Assembly (NCBI GenBank): GCA_016707705.1
Contig: JADJHD010000004.1
Coordinates: 24,960 to 88,959, forward strand
Source of the DNA: Bacteroidales bacterium
GTDB taxonomy: Bacteria > Bacteroidota > Bacteroidia > Bacteroidales > UBA4417
Reading direction: 5' to 3'
Length of the DNA: 64,000 nucleotides
Shown here: in pieces, positions 19,293 through 29,569 of the stretch
Layout of the letters: each line of letters begins with the position of its first letter
Numbering within the stretch: the stretch's first letter is position 1
Notes under the pieces: generated by a model
Databases searched by the model: none
The model's input: the letters and a program-made list of their open reading frames with translations, nothing else
What the model was told of the DNA's origin: nothing
Made by a program: the position numbers and the translations under genes

Positions 19293-20423
19293 ATGCGCAA
19301 GATATCCATGGTTGACCTTAAGGCTCAGTATGAAAAGATTAAGCCAGGCGTTGATGCAGCCATAAATGAGGTCATCAGTTCAACATCCTTTATCAATGGT
19401 CCAGTTGTGAAGGAATTTCAGGCAGACCTAGAAAAATACCTTGGGGTAAAGCATGTTATCCCCTGCGGAAACGGCACTGATGCACTACAGGTGGCCATGA
19501 TGGCTCTTGGACTCAAACCCGGTGATGAGGTGATTGCACCTTCATTTACCTTCATCGCAACCGCTGAGGTGATTGCCTTGCTGGGACTTACTCCTGTTCT
19601 TGTGGAAGTTGACCCGCATACCTTCAATATTGATCCTGCTGCTGTTGAGAAAGCAATCACTCCAAAAACCAGGGCGATTGTACCTGTGCATCTTTTCGGA
19701 CAATCGGCTGATATGGATGCCCTGATGGCAATTGCAGAAAAGCATAATCTCTATATCATTGAGGATGCATGTCAGGCAATCGGAGCTGATTACCTTTTTG
19801 CTGATGGCAGCACCAAAAAGGTTGGAACTATCGGTCACGTTGGTTGTACCTCGTTCTTCCCTTCGAAGAATCTGGGATGCTATGGCGATGGTGGAGCTAT
19901 CTTTACTCAGGATGATGAATTGGCTAAAAAGCTGCGTTCAGTTGTGAATCATGGAATGACCGTAAGATATTATCATGACGATATTGGTGTTAACAGCAGG
20001 CTCGACAGCATTCAGGCTGCAGTGCTTAAAGTGAAACTGCCACATCTTGATGAATATGCTGCTGCCCGAAGGAAAGCCGCCGCCGCATACGATCAGGCTT
20101 TCGGAAATCACCCTAAACTGCAGGTCCCTGTGCGTTTTGACCGTTCCAACCATGTTTTTCATCAATATACTTTGCTTCTGAACGGTGTTGACCGTGCCGG
20201 ACTCATTGAATTCCTGAATTCAAGAGAAATCCCTGCAATGGTATATTATCCGGTTCCCATCCATCTTCAAAAGGCATACCTCGATCCTCGCTACAAACCC
20301 GGCGACTTCCCTGTTACAGAAGATCTGTCAAAAAAGGTTATTTCCCTTCCGATGCATACCGAACTCGAGGATGAGCAACTAAGTTTAATCACTTCCTCGG
20401 TTCTGGAATACCTCAATCGCTAA
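19293..20423 (+). CDS. DegT/DnrJ/EryC1/StrS-family PLP-dependent sugar aminotransferase
   Basis: 376 aa, typical N-terminus (DLKAQY...GPVVKEFQ...CGNGTDAL) and SFFPSKNLG lysine motif. Confidence 0.85.
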   Translation: MRKISMVDLKAQYEKIKPGVDAAINEVISSTSFINGPVVKEFQADLEKYLGVKHVIPCGNGTDALQVAMMALGLKPGDEVIAPSFTFIATAEVIALLGLTPVLVEVDPHTFNIDPAAVEKAITPKTRAIVPVHLFGQSADMDALMAIAEKHNLYIIEDACQAIGADYLFADGSTKKVGTIGHVGCTSFFPSKNLGCYGDGGAIFTQDDELAKKLRSVVNHGMTVRYYHDDIGVNSRLDSIQAAVLKVKLPHLDEYAAARRKAAAAYDQAFGNHPKLQVPVRFDRSNHVFHQYTLLLNGVDRAGLIEFLNSREIPAMVYYPVPIHLQKAYLDPRYKPGDFPVTEDLSKKVISLPMHTELEDEQLSLITSSVLEYLNR

Positions 20424-20456
20424 TCTGAATCAACTTCATACAATAATCCCACTCTC

Positions 20457-21044
20457 ATGAGCAACAACGAACAGGAATATTTTGCCCATCCATCCGCAAT
20501 CATTGACGAAGGCTGCAACATTGGAAAAGGAACCAAGATCTGGCATTTTACCCATATCATGAGTAATTGCACCATAGGCGAGAACTGCAACTTCGGACAG
20601 AATGTCGTGGTATCACCTGGTGTGGTGCTGGGAAAGAATGTGAAGGTTCAGAACAATGTTTCCATCTACACAGGTGTAATTTGTGAAGATGATGTGTTCC
20701 TCGGTCCCTCCATGGTTTTCACCAATGTGATTAATCCGCGCTCGGCTGTAAACCGCAAGAGTGAATATGCACAGACAATAGTCAGACATGGAGCGTCGAT
20801 TGGTGCCAATGCAACCATTGTATGCGGACATGAAATCGGTGCTTTCAGTTTTATTGGTGCTGGTGCAGTGGTAACGAAGGAAGTTCCTGCCTATGCACTT
20901 GTAGTTGGGAATCCTGCCCGGCAGACCGGTTGGATGAGTGAATACGGCCATAGGCTGAAGTTTGATGCTGAAGGGATTGCAAAATGCCCCGAAAGCGGAG
21001 AGACCTACCGTTTAGCTGATGGAAAAGTAAGCAAGGAAGCTTAA
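20457..21044 (+). CDS. left-handed beta-helix (hexapeptide) sugar N-acetyltransferase, WbpD-like
   Basis: Hexapeptide repeats throughout; adjacent to DegT aminotransferase. Confidence 0.75.
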   Translation: MSNNEQEYFAHPSAIIDEGCNIGKGTKIWHFTHIMSNCTIGENCNFGQNVVVSPGVVLGKNVKVQNNVSIYTGVICEDDVFLGPSMVFTNVINPRSAVNRKSEYAQTIVRHGASIGANATIVCGHEIGAFSFIGAGAVVTKEVPAYALVVGNPARQTGWMSEYGHRLKFDAEGIAKCPESGETYRLADGKVSKEA

Positions 21045-21340
21045 TTATCCAGTTCAAAACCAGCTGTCTGCATGATATTTTCGTCCATTCCCGGGCAACT
21101 GCTGACACTTCATCATCCTATATTTTTTTGGGAATTTCAATTTACTGCCAGTTCTGCATATTACCATTGGTCAATAGGTTAATAAATTATTGACAAGTAC
21201 TTCGTAATTAGCTCAAAATGGATGGTGCTCAGAATCCTGAAAAGTAAAAACAGTACAAACCGGTTTTTAGAAAGTCCAAATAATTACCAGCAATCATCAA
21301 GACATTATCCACCTGAATTAATAAAGACAAAAATTAAAAA

Positions 21341-22366
21341 ATGAAAAAAATATTGGTTACCGGGGGCACCGGTTATATCGGATCACATACTGTTGTTGAA
21401 TTGCAAAGAAAGGGGTATGAGGTTCTGATTGTGGATAATCTCTCAAATTCGAGGCTGGATGTACTTGATAATATTGAAACTATCTCAGGCATAAGACCTG
21501 CTTTCGAGCAACTGGACCTTGCAGATGGAAAACTTACCGCAGAATTCTTCCAAAGGAATCCCAGTCTGGATGGAGTTATTCATTTTGCTGCCTTCAAGGC
21601 TGTTGGACAATCAGTGGCAGATCCTCTGATGTACTACAGGAACAATCTTTATTCCCTAGTAAATGTGTTGCAGGGAATGAAGGATAATAATATTCAGAAC
21701 CTTGTATTTTCTTCCTCCTGCACGGTTTATGGACAGCCAGAGCAATTGCCCGTGAATGAAAAGGCTCCTATTCAGAAAGCCTGGTCGCCTTACGGCAATA
21801 CGAAGCAGATGAGTGAGGAAATTATAGAGTTTACTGTGAAAAGCTGCGATGTAAAAGCTATTGCCCTACGGTATTTTAATCCCATAGGCGCACATGAATC
21901 AGCATTGATTGGTGAATTGCCACTTGGGACACCTAATAACCTTATGCCTTTCGTTACCCAGACTGCCATTGGAATCAGGGAATGCCTCTCCGTTTTTGGC
22001 GGTGATTACGATACACCTGATGGCACTGCCGTCCGCGATTATATTCATGTGGTTGATATCGCCCAGGCACATGTTGTTGCTGTTGAGCGTATGCTTGGTG
22101 ACAAGGGAAAATCAAATTTTGAGATCTTCAACCTTGGAACCGGCAATGGCTTATCTGTGCTTGAGGTGATCAATTCATTTGAAAAGACGAGTGGACAAAA
22201 GCTGAATTACAAGATCGTTGACAGAAGATCAGGTGATGTTGAAAAGGTTTGGGCTGATACTACTTTCGCCAACCAGGAACTCGGATGGAAAGCCCTCAAG
22301 GGATTGGATGAAATGACTCTTTCTGCCTGGAAATGGGAGTTGAGATTGGCGGAAATAAAGAAGTAA
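21341..22366 (+). CDS. galE: UDP-glucose 4-epimerase
   Basis: GGTGYIGSH Rossmann motif, YGNTK catalytic motif, RYFNPIGAH. Confidence 0.88.
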   Translation: MKKILVTGGTGYIGSHTVVELQRKGYEVLIVDNLSNSRLDVLDNIETISGIRPAFEQLDLADGKLTAEFFQRNPSLDGVIHFAAFKAVGQSVADPLMYYRNNLYSLVNVLQGMKDNNIQNLVFSSSCTVYGQPEQLPVNEKAPIQKAWSPYGNTKQMSEEIIEFTVKSCDVKAIALRYFNPIGAHESALIGELPLGTPNNLMPFVTQTAIGIRECLSVFGGDYDTPDGTAVRDYIHVVDIAQAHVVAVERMLGDKGKSNFEIFNLGTGNGLSVLEVINSFEKTSGQKLNYKIVDRRSGDVEKVWADTTFANQELGWKALKGLDEMTLSAWKWELRLAEIKK

Positions 22367-22714
22367 TTTGGAGATGTGGGGATGCGCAGCGTAGCGGAGT
22401 CCGCCGGCTGGCGGATGAGGATGTGAGGATGCGCAGCGTAGCGGAGTCCGCCGGCTGGCGGATGGAGATGTGGGGATGCGCGCGGCGGCTGGCGGATGGG
22501 GATGTGAGGGAATCTAGAATAGATGAATCAGTGAAAATCAGTTGAATCTGCGTCATCTGTGTTCTATTTTTGGCTACTTGCACAATCAACCTCTGAACCC
22601 CAAATTCCAAAAATTCAAAACTAACAACTAAACTACTAACAACTAAACTACTAACAACTAAACTACTAACAACTATCAACCCCCAATAGACCAAGGAAAT
22701 AACAAACAAGCAAT
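22367..22714. repeat. intergenic modular repeat locus L3 (47-bp units x2.6, GCTACTTGCA block, 15-mer x3.7)
   Basis: Units start 22381, 22428, 22475 with hairpins TCCGCCGGCTGGCGGA at 22400 and 22447; M2 block 22550-22587; CTAACAACTAAACTA x3 perfect (22621-22665) plus partial copy to 22675. Confidence 0.88.
22541..22572 (+). promoter_or_regulatory. candidate promoter inside repeat L3 (GTTG -33-like, TATTTTTG -7 box)
   Basis: TATTTTTG at 22565-22572 fits TAnnTTTG; TTG 20 nt upstream; 143 nt upstream of rfbB ATG. Confidence 0.3.
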
Positions 22715-23767
22715 ATGAAAAGCATACTCATCACCGGCGGTGCCGGATTTATCGGATCACATCTTGTCCGACTGTTCGTCAACAAGTATCCGAACTACAA
22801 AATCATCAACCTTGATAAGCTCACCTATGCAGGGAATCTTGCTAATCTGAAGGATATCGAGGATAAGCCGAACTACGAATTTGTGAAAGCCGATATCGTG
22901 GATGAGGATACGATAATGGCCATCTTTGATGCCTATCGTTTTGATGGTGTTATCCATCTGGCAGCTGAAAGCCATGTTGACCGCTCCATTTCAAATCCCA
23001 AGGAATTCATCATGACCAATATCGTGGGAACGGTAAATCTGTTGAATGCAGCAAGAAGTATATGGAAGGATGACTTCAACGGGAAGAAGTTCTATCATAT
23101 TTCAACGGATGAGGTTTATGGTTCATTAGGGGATGAAGGTAAATTCCTTGAAACTACGCCTTATGATCCGCGTTCACCCTACTCCGCATCAAAGGCAAGC
23201 AGCGACCATCTGGTGAGGGCTTACAATCATACATTCGGATTACCGGTGGTGATTTCAAATTGCTCAAATAATTACGGTCCTTTCCAGTTCCCGGAAAAGC
23301 TCATTCCTTTATGCATTAATAATATCCGTCATGGAAGACCTCTGCCTGTTTATGGTTCAGGGACTAATGTCCGCGACTGGCTGTATGTTGAAGATCATGC
23401 AAAAGCAATTGACCTGATTTTCCATGAAGGGAAAATGGGCGATACTTACAATATTGGGGGCAGCAACGAATGGGCCAACCTTGATCTGGTAAAGAAACTC
23501 TGTGAGATCATGGACCACAAAATGGGCAAACACCCCGGCACTTCCGAGCAACTGATTACCTTCGTGAAGGACCGCGCCGGACATGATTTCAGGTATGCAA
23601 TCGACTCCTCCAAATTGCAGAACGAACTTGGATGGAAGCCTGAAGTTAAATTTGCCGAAGGTTTTGAAAAAACAGTTGAATGGTACCTCTCAAACAAAGC
23701 CTGGCTTGATGATGTAACTACCGGGAATTACACAAAATATTACGAAGGAATGTATAAAAATCGCTAA
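22715..23767 (+). CDS. rfbB: dTDP-glucose 4,6-dehydratase
   Basis: GGAGFIGSH, YSASKASSDHL, classic RfbB sequence over 350 aa. Confidence 0.9.
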   Translation: MKSILITGGAGFIGSHLVRLFVNKYPNYKIINLDKLTYAGNLANLKDIEDKPNYEFVKADIVDEDTIMAIFDAYRFDGVIHLAAESHVDRSISNPKEFIMTNIVGTVNLLNAARSIWKDDFNGKKFYHISTDEVYGSLGDEGKFLETTPYDPRSPYSASKASSDHLVRAYNHTFGLPVVISNCSNNYGPFQFPEKLIPLCINNIRHGRPLPVYGSGTNVRDWLYVEDHAKAIDLIFHEGKMGDTYNIGGSNEWANLDLVKKLCEIMDHKMGKHPGTSEQLITFVKDRAGHDFRYAIDSSKLQNELGWKPEVKFAEGFEKTVEWYLSNKAWLDDVTTGNYTKYYEGMYKNR

Positions 23768-23934
23768 AATTCATTGTTTTGGCGCATTTTGATAGATTTG
23801 TCAAATAATGTTGGTAAAAGTCTGGATTCTCCTTAAGGAAATGCAGGATTTCTTTCTAACTTTATTTATAGTATTAAGAAAATTGCATATTTGAAGATTC
23901 AGTCTTTAGGTATGCAATTTATAAATCGGGGCAT

Positions 23935-25719
23935 ATGGAAGATCATCTTATTCAAATGTTTAGAAATCGTGCTGCAAGATATGGCAATAAGGTGGCATTT
24001 CGCACCCGTGATAAATCTTCAGGTCAATATAAGGATTATACCTGGAATCACGGACTTAGAGCTGTAAACTCCATTGCGAAGAGTCTCCTGGCATTTAGTC
24101 ACGGACCGGGCTGCATGATTGGAATTTTTAGTGATAACCGTCCGGAATGGACGTTCGCTGATCTTGCAATATTATCGGTAGGCGGAGTTGTTGTACCATT
24201 TTTTGGCACAGCCTCAAAGCAGCAGGTAAAGTACATGGTTGATGAAACAGCCATGGAACTTATTTTTGTCGGCAATGATGAACAGCTTGAAAAGGGTATG
24301 TGGTTGCTCGAAAACTGTGATACCCTGGATACCATTGTGCTCATGCCCTCTGTGCAGTCCACTGTCCAATCAGAGTATATTATTCGCTGGGATGACTTTA
24401 TAAAATTGGGCGAAAGCAGGGAGTTTGCGATTAAGCTGGAGGAATCGGTTAAGGCGATAAAAGACGATCAGCTTGCCACATTGCTTTATACCTCCGGCAC
24501 AACCGGTGAACCCAAAGGCGTTATGCTGGCTCATGAAAATTTCATGAACTGCCTGCAAATACATGATAAGAGGCTCAAAGTCGGCAATGATGATATCTCT
24601 CTCTGTTTCCTGCCTTTAAGCCATGTTTTTGAACGCTCCTGGACTTACTACATGATTCACCGGGGTGCTGTTAATGTCTACCTCGAAAATCCCAGGGAAG
24701 TTATCAACGAATTAAGTCTGGCAAAGCCGACCCTGATGTGTGCTGTTCCGAGGTTCTTTGAAAAGACCTATAACGGAATTCGCGCTGAAGAAGCCAAATG
24801 GCCGTCAGCAAAGAGAAAACTTTTCGATTGGACCATAAGTATCGGGCATAGGGTATCAGAGTATAGAAGCAGAAGTGCAGCCCTGCCAATTGGACTGAAA
24901 ATTAGCTGGACCATTGCCGATAAACTTGTCCTGAAGAAATTGCGTTCAGTTTTTGGAGGCAATATTCGTAGTATGCCATGTTCGGGAGCTGCCATCAGGC
25001 CTGAGTTGCTGCGATTCTTTCACGCTGCAGGAATCTTTGTGAATTACGGATATGGTGCATCCGAAACTACAGCTACCGTTTCTTGCTTTAAGCACGATCA
25101 GTATGAATTTGGATCATGTGGCACGATAATGCCAGACGTGAATGTAAAAATTAGTGAGCAGGGTGAAATTCTGGTGAAAGGTGCCACCATCTTCAAAGGA
25201 TATTACAAGAAGCCCGAATTAACTTCCACAGTGCTCAAAAATGGATGGTACCATACGGGTGATAAGGGTGATTTCACCTTGCAGGGTAACCTGATTATGG
25301 AGGACCGGATCAATGACCTTTTCAAGACTTCCGGAGGTAAATATGTTTCACCTCAGAAAATAGAACTGCTTATCGGACAGGATCCATACGTGGAACAGGT
25401 AGTGGTAATTGGTGATAACCAGAAGTTTATCTCAGCAATTATTGTCCCCTCCATGGCCGCATTGACTCAGAAATTTGATGAAACTATGCTGGCTGGCCAT
25501 AAGGAAATAATTGAAGATGAGAATGTTGTAAACTTTTTTCTGGAGAGGTTAGCCAGTTTGCAGCAGGAACTAACTCCATTTGAAAGAGTGGTTAAGTTTG
25601 TGTTGCTCAAGGAACTTTTCAGCGTTGAAAACGACGCCCTTACAAGTACACTGAAGGTAAAGCGCAAGGCTGTTGCCCGCAGTTATGCTCACCTTATTGA
25701 AGCCTTATACAAGGAATAG
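23935..25719 (+). CDS. long-chain fatty acid--CoA ligase (AMP-dependent synthetase)
   Basis: AMP-binding motif LYTSGTTGEPKGVML, 594 aa FadD/FACS-like. Confidence 0.85.
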   Translation: MEDHLIQMFRNRAARYGNKVAFRTRDKSSGQYKDYTWNHGLRAVNSIAKSLLAFSHGPGCMIGIFSDNRPEWTFADLAILSVGGVVVPFFGTASKQQVKYMVDETAMELIFVGNDEQLEKGMWLLENCDTLDTIVLMPSVQSTVQSEYIIRWDDFIKLGESREFAIKLEESVKAIKDDQLATLLYTSGTTGEPKGVMLAHENFMNCLQIHDKRLKVGNDDISLCFLPLSHVFERSWTYYMIHRGAVNVYLENPREVINELSLAKPTLMCAVPRFFEKTYNGIRAEEAKWPSAKRKLFDWTISIGHRVSEYRSRSAALPIGLKISWTIADKLVLKKLRSVFGGNIRSMPCSGAAIRPELLRFFHAAGIFVNYGYGASETTATVSCFKHDQYEFGSCGTIMPDVNVKISEQGEILVKGATIFKGYYKKPELTSTVLKNGWYHTGDKGDFTLQGNLIMEDRINDLFKTSGGKYVSPQKIELLIGQDPYVEQVVVIGDNQKFISAIIVPSMAALTQKFDETMLAGHKEIIEDENVVNFFLERLASLQQELTPFERVVKFVLLKELFSVENDALTSTLKVKRKAVARSYAHLIEALYKE

Positions 25720-25759
25720 GATTGCGGCTTGTTTCAAGCTCTTATCAATTCAGACTTTT

Positions 25760-26641
25760 CTACTTTACCTGAACCGGACGCGTTAGTTTCCAGCGCCGGT
25801 GTGACCAAAGCCAGTTTCCCGGATTTTTGTGGATGACTTCTTCCAGTTTAGCTGCATATCTGGAGGTGATTTCCCCATCGGGAAGCTCAAGTGGGGATTC
25901 AGCAAGGACTGATATTTCCAGTGTATAATACCCTCTCTTTACTCTTTGAACATCACCATACAGAACAGGTGCATCCAGATGCCTGGCATATTTCTCTGGT
26001 CCATGCAGAAAAGCAGTCTCGCGTCCCAGGAAGTTTACCCAGTATGATTTTCGGGCATTTGTCGGACTTTGATCAGCAGCCATAATATATACAGATGGCG
26101 TTTTACTGTTGCGTTCAAATACAAAACCTGTCTTATAGATAGAGGCAAGCTGTGTGCCAAACTTTGACCGGCTTTTCTGAACAAACTTATCGATATGCTT
26201 ATTGGTCAAAGGCTTGTAGAATGCTACAATCGGATGTGATGTGAATAATCCGGGGGATAAACTACCCCATTCCCAATTATTGAAATGAGTGGGTACGGCG
26301 ATAATGGACTTGCCTTCATTGAGGTATTTGTCGATGAGCTCAGGATTGACAATAAAATGCCTTTTTCTAACCTGAGCGGGAGTCATGGTGAAAGCCTTGA
26401 TTCCTTCAACCATTACATCTGCAAGATTAACATAAGCCGACTTCACGAGCTTTCTAAACTCCTCATTACTTAATTCCGGGAAACAGCTGCGAAGGTTTTC
26501 CTCTATCACCTTTTTTCGGTAACCAACAACATCCTGGAGTATAAAACGAATCAGGTCTGAGAACAGGTAAAGCAGGGGGAAAGGAATAATGCCAATCAGA
26601 AAAACGAAAGCGACAAATATTATGGTGATAAGAATGTTCAT
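25760..26641 (-). CDS. LpxL/HtrB-family lipid A (Kdo2-lipid IVA) late acyltransferase
   Basis: N-terminal TM helix, HFNNWEWG (HxxxxE/D acyltransferase motif), 293 aa. Confidence 0.7.
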   Translation of the reverse strand: MNILITIIFVAFVFLIGIIPFPLLYLFSDLIRFILQDVVGYRKKVIEENLRSCFPELSNEEFRKLVKSAYVNLADVMVEGIKAFTMTPAQVRKRHFIVNPELIDKYLNEGKSIIAVPTHFNNWEWGSLSPGLFTSHPIVAFYKPLTNKHIDKFVQKSRSKFGTQLASIYKTGFVFERNSKTPSVYIMAADQSPTNARKSYWVNFLGRETAFLHGPEKYARHLDAPVLYGDVQRVKRGYYTLEISVLAESPLELPDGEITSRYAAKLEEVIHKNPGNWLWSHRRWKLTRPVQVK

Positions 26642-26859
26642 GTATGTTTTAACGTTTGAGGCTGCAAAAGTATTGAATTACTGAATGTAAGGCGGCATCC
26701 ATTCTTTCTGCGATTCCCTTCTGAGCTCCATGCATTGATAATTGTTAATATTTTTGGGCGAAAATGCTGGAAATGATAAGGCTTTGCAGTAATTTTGAGA
26801 ATTGCAAACTGTTTTCGAAACATTCTTTTATTTCTTCTTTATTCCTAAAACATTAAAAT

Positions 26860-27858
26860 ATGAATTATTCAGCTGACGAAACACGTTATGACAGGAAGAT
26901 TTATCGCCGCTGCGGTGAAAGTGGTATCCAACTGCCGGCCATTTCATTAGGATTATGGCATAATTTCGGACATATTGACGATTATCAGAATTCACGTTCC
27001 ATAGCTTTAAGAGCCTTTGATCTTGGTATTACCCATTTTGACCTCGCAAATAACTATGGACCTCCTCCTGGTTCTGCGGAAGAAAATTTTGGTAGAATGA
27101 TGCGTGAAGACCTCCGTAAATACAGGGATGAAATGATTATTTCAACCAAAGCCGGATACCTGATGTGGCCTGGCCCATATGGTGATGGCGGGTCCAGGAA
27201 GTATCTCATTGCCAGTCTTGATCAAAGTCTGAAGCGAATGGGATTGGATTATGTTGATATTTTCTATCACCATCGTCCTGATTCTACCACTCCCATTGAC
27301 GAGACAATGTCAACCCTGAGTCACATTGTTAGAAGTGGTAAGGCCCTTTATATCGGACTTTCCAATTATACCCCTGATCTCACCCGCCAGGCTGCTATTA
27401 TGTTGAAGAAGATGGGAACTCCCTGTCTTATTCATCAGCCTCGTTATAATATGCTGGATCGATGGGCGGAAAATGGCTTGCTGCAGGTTCTGGAGAATGA
27501 GAGGATTGGTTGCATTGCATATTCCCCGCTTGCACAGGGACTGCTTACTAACCGTTACCAGAACGGAATTCCGGCGGATTCGAGAGCTTCCAAACCTCAT
27601 GGGTTCCTGAAGGAGGATAGAGTGGAGGAAACTCTTCCAATTATCAGAAAACTTGAAGAAATTGCACAATCGCGTGGACAGAGCCTGGCACAGATGGCTC
27701 TTGTTTGGATTCTCAGAGACCCTGTTGTCTCCTCAGTATTGATTGGAGCCAGCTCAGTTGGTCAACTGGAAGATTCATTCAACGCGCTCAACAATAAGAA
27801 CTTCCGTTCAGATGAACTTGAGCGAATCGATAAGATTCTGAAGGCTAAATACAAATAG
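26860..27858 (+). CDS. yghZ: aldo/keto reductase, L-glyceraldehyde 3-phosphate reductase-like
   Basis: Colinear similarity to E. coli YghZ recalled (YRRCGESGIQLPAISLGLWHNFG, THFDLANNYGPPPGSAE, SRKYLIASLDQSLKRMGLDYVDIFYHHRPD). Confidence 0.85.
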   Translation: MNYSADETRYDRKIYRRCGESGIQLPAISLGLWHNFGHIDDYQNSRSIALRAFDLGITHFDLANNYGPPPGSAEENFGRMMREDLRKYRDEMIISTKAGYLMWPGPYGDGGSRKYLIASLDQSLKRMGLDYVDIFYHHRPDSTTPIDETMSTLSHIVRSGKALYIGLSNYTPDLTRQAAIMLKKMGTPCLIHQPRYNMLDRWAENGLLQVLENERIGCIAYSPLAQGLLTNRYQNGIPADSRASKPHGFLKEDRVEETLPIIRKLEEIAQSRGQSLAQMALVWILRDPVVSSVLIGASSVGQLEDSFNALNNKNFRSDELERIDKILKAKYK

Positions 27859-27878
27859 CGATATTCAGACTCAGGCAC

Positions 27879-28745
27879 TCATTGCTTCAACTTCGGGGCT
27901 ATCTTTTTGACCAGTCCCTGGAGAACTGTTCCCGGACCCACTTCCACAAAAGTTGCGGCGCCGTCAGCAACCATATTCTGGGCAGTCTGAGTCCAGCGAA
28001 CCGGTGAAGTCAGCTGGGATACAAGGTTTGCCTTAATCTGGGCAGGATCAGTGAATGGCTTTGCGTTAACGTTCTGGTATATCGGACAAACAGGTTGGTT
28101 GAAATGTGTGGCTTCTATGGCAGCAGCAAGTTCAACGCGTGCAGGTTCCATAAGGGGTGAATGGAATGCTCCTCCTACCTTGAGGGGTAGTGCCCTCTTT
28201 GCACCGGCTTCCTTAAGCTTTTCACAGGCTATTTCTATTCCCTTGAATGAACCGGAAATCACCAATTGTCCGGGACTATTATAATTAGCCGGAACTACAA
28301 CTTCGTCAATTTCCCTTAGCACTTCTTCAACTTTGGCATCTTCAAGACCAAGGATAGCTGCCATGGTTGAAGGTTCAGCTTCGCATGCTTTTTGCATAGC
28401 CATTGCCCTGGCATATACCAAACGGAGACCGTCCTCAAATGACAAAGCTTTATTGGCTACCAGCGCAGAGAATTCTCCAAGTGAATGTCCTGCAACCATA
28501 TCAGGTTTGAAGGATTCGCCCAAAGTAGCGGCCAGAATAACAGAATGGAGGAAAATTGCCGGCTGGGTAACCCTTGTCTGGCGAAGGTCCTCGTCAGTGC
28601 CTGCAAACATCAGGTCAGTAATGCGGAAACCCAGAATTTCATTGGCTTTCTCAAACATTTCTTTAGCGATGGGGTGGTTCTCATAAAGGTCCTTACCCAT
28701 TCCTACAAACTGGGCACCCTGCCCTGGGAATACATATGCTTTCAT
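27879..28745 (-). CDS. fabD: malonyl CoA-ACP transacylase
   Basis: FPGQGAQ, GHSLGE active-site motif, 288 aa. Confidence 0.92.
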   Translation of the reverse strand: MKAYVFPGQGAQFVGMGKDLYENHPIAKEMFEKANEILGFRITDLMFAGTDEDLRQTRVTQPAIFLHSVILAATLGESFKPDMVAGHSLGEFSALVANKALSFEDGLRLVYARAMAMQKACEAEPSTMAAILGLEDAKVEEVLREIDEVVVPANYNSPGQLVISGSFKGIEIACEKLKEAGAKRALPLKVGGAFHSPLMEPARVELAAAIEATHFNQPVCPIYQNVNAKPFTDPAQIKANLVSQLTSPVRWTQTAQNMVADGAATFVEVGPGTVLQGLVKKIAPKLKQ

Positions 28746-28772
28746 GTGGTAGTGCTTGGTTTATTTCGGCTG

Positions 28773-28780
28773 CAAAAATA
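28773..28780 (-). promoter_or_regulatory. candidate -7 promoter box TATTTTTG for fabD
   Basis: Complement of CAAAAATA; fits TAnnTTTG, 28 nt upstream of fabD ATG (28745). Confidence 0.35.
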
Positions 28781-28820
28781 ATAAATCCCGCGAGATGTTG
28801 CCGGATGATGGTGTCTCAAT

Positions 28821-29495
28821 GTTCGGGGTTCGAGATTCAGGGTTCAAAAGGGTAGATTCCTGCAAGTAGGAGTTGTTAGTTGGGTTTTGTGTTGATTGGA
28901 AGACTTGGGTGAACTCGGAAATTTGTGCCTTGGGTGTTGTTAGTTGTTAGTGGCTCAGGGGTTGAGATGTGGCACTTTCCCTTTTGTCTTTTGTCCGCCA
29001 GCTGGCGGATTGTCTTTTCTCTTTATCCTTTTGTCTTTAGCCTTTTATCTTTTGTCTTTTGCCTTTTGTCTTTGTCCTTTTGTCTTTTGTCTTTTTCCGC
29101 CATCTAGCGGATTGCCTTTTCTCTTTATCCTTTTGTCTTTTGTCTTTTGCCTTTTATCTTTTGTCTTTGTCCTTTTGTCTTTAGCCTTTTATCTTTTGTC
29201 TTTGTCCTTTTGTCTTTAGCCTTTTATCTTTTGTCTTTGTCCTTTTGTCTTTAGCCTTTTGTCTTTTGTCTTTGTCCTTAGAGTTGATTGTTTGCACTCG
29301 GTTTGTCTAACGATGGTCAGGCAATGGTCATTCGATAGTCATTCAATAGTTATGCAAAATTCACACAATTGTTATATGAAGAATCAGCGAAAATCAATCT
29401 GAAGCCAGCGAATCCGCGTAAATCGGCGAGAAACCTTTCGTCTTTTGCACTTTTTACCATTTCCTTCTGTCTTTTGTCATTTGCCTTTTTCTCAA
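28821..29495. repeat. intergenic modular repeat locus L4 (largest; ~300-bp CTTTTGTC stutter with hairpins 102 bp apart, plus M4/M5 blocks)
   Basis: Hairpins TCCGCCAGCTGGCGGA 28994-29009 and TCCGCCATCTAGCGGA 29096-29111; pyrimidine stutter 28977-29278; GTCAGGCAATGGTCATTCG 29316-29334; ATCAGCGAAAATC...GCGTAAATCGGCGAGAAACC 29383-29435. Confidence 0.88.
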
Positions 29496-29569
29496 CAGAC
29501 TGAGGGCATGGATTGATTTTGATAGCGTAAATGAATGTTAATAAAGAATTGAATGTCTTATTTGGGGGC

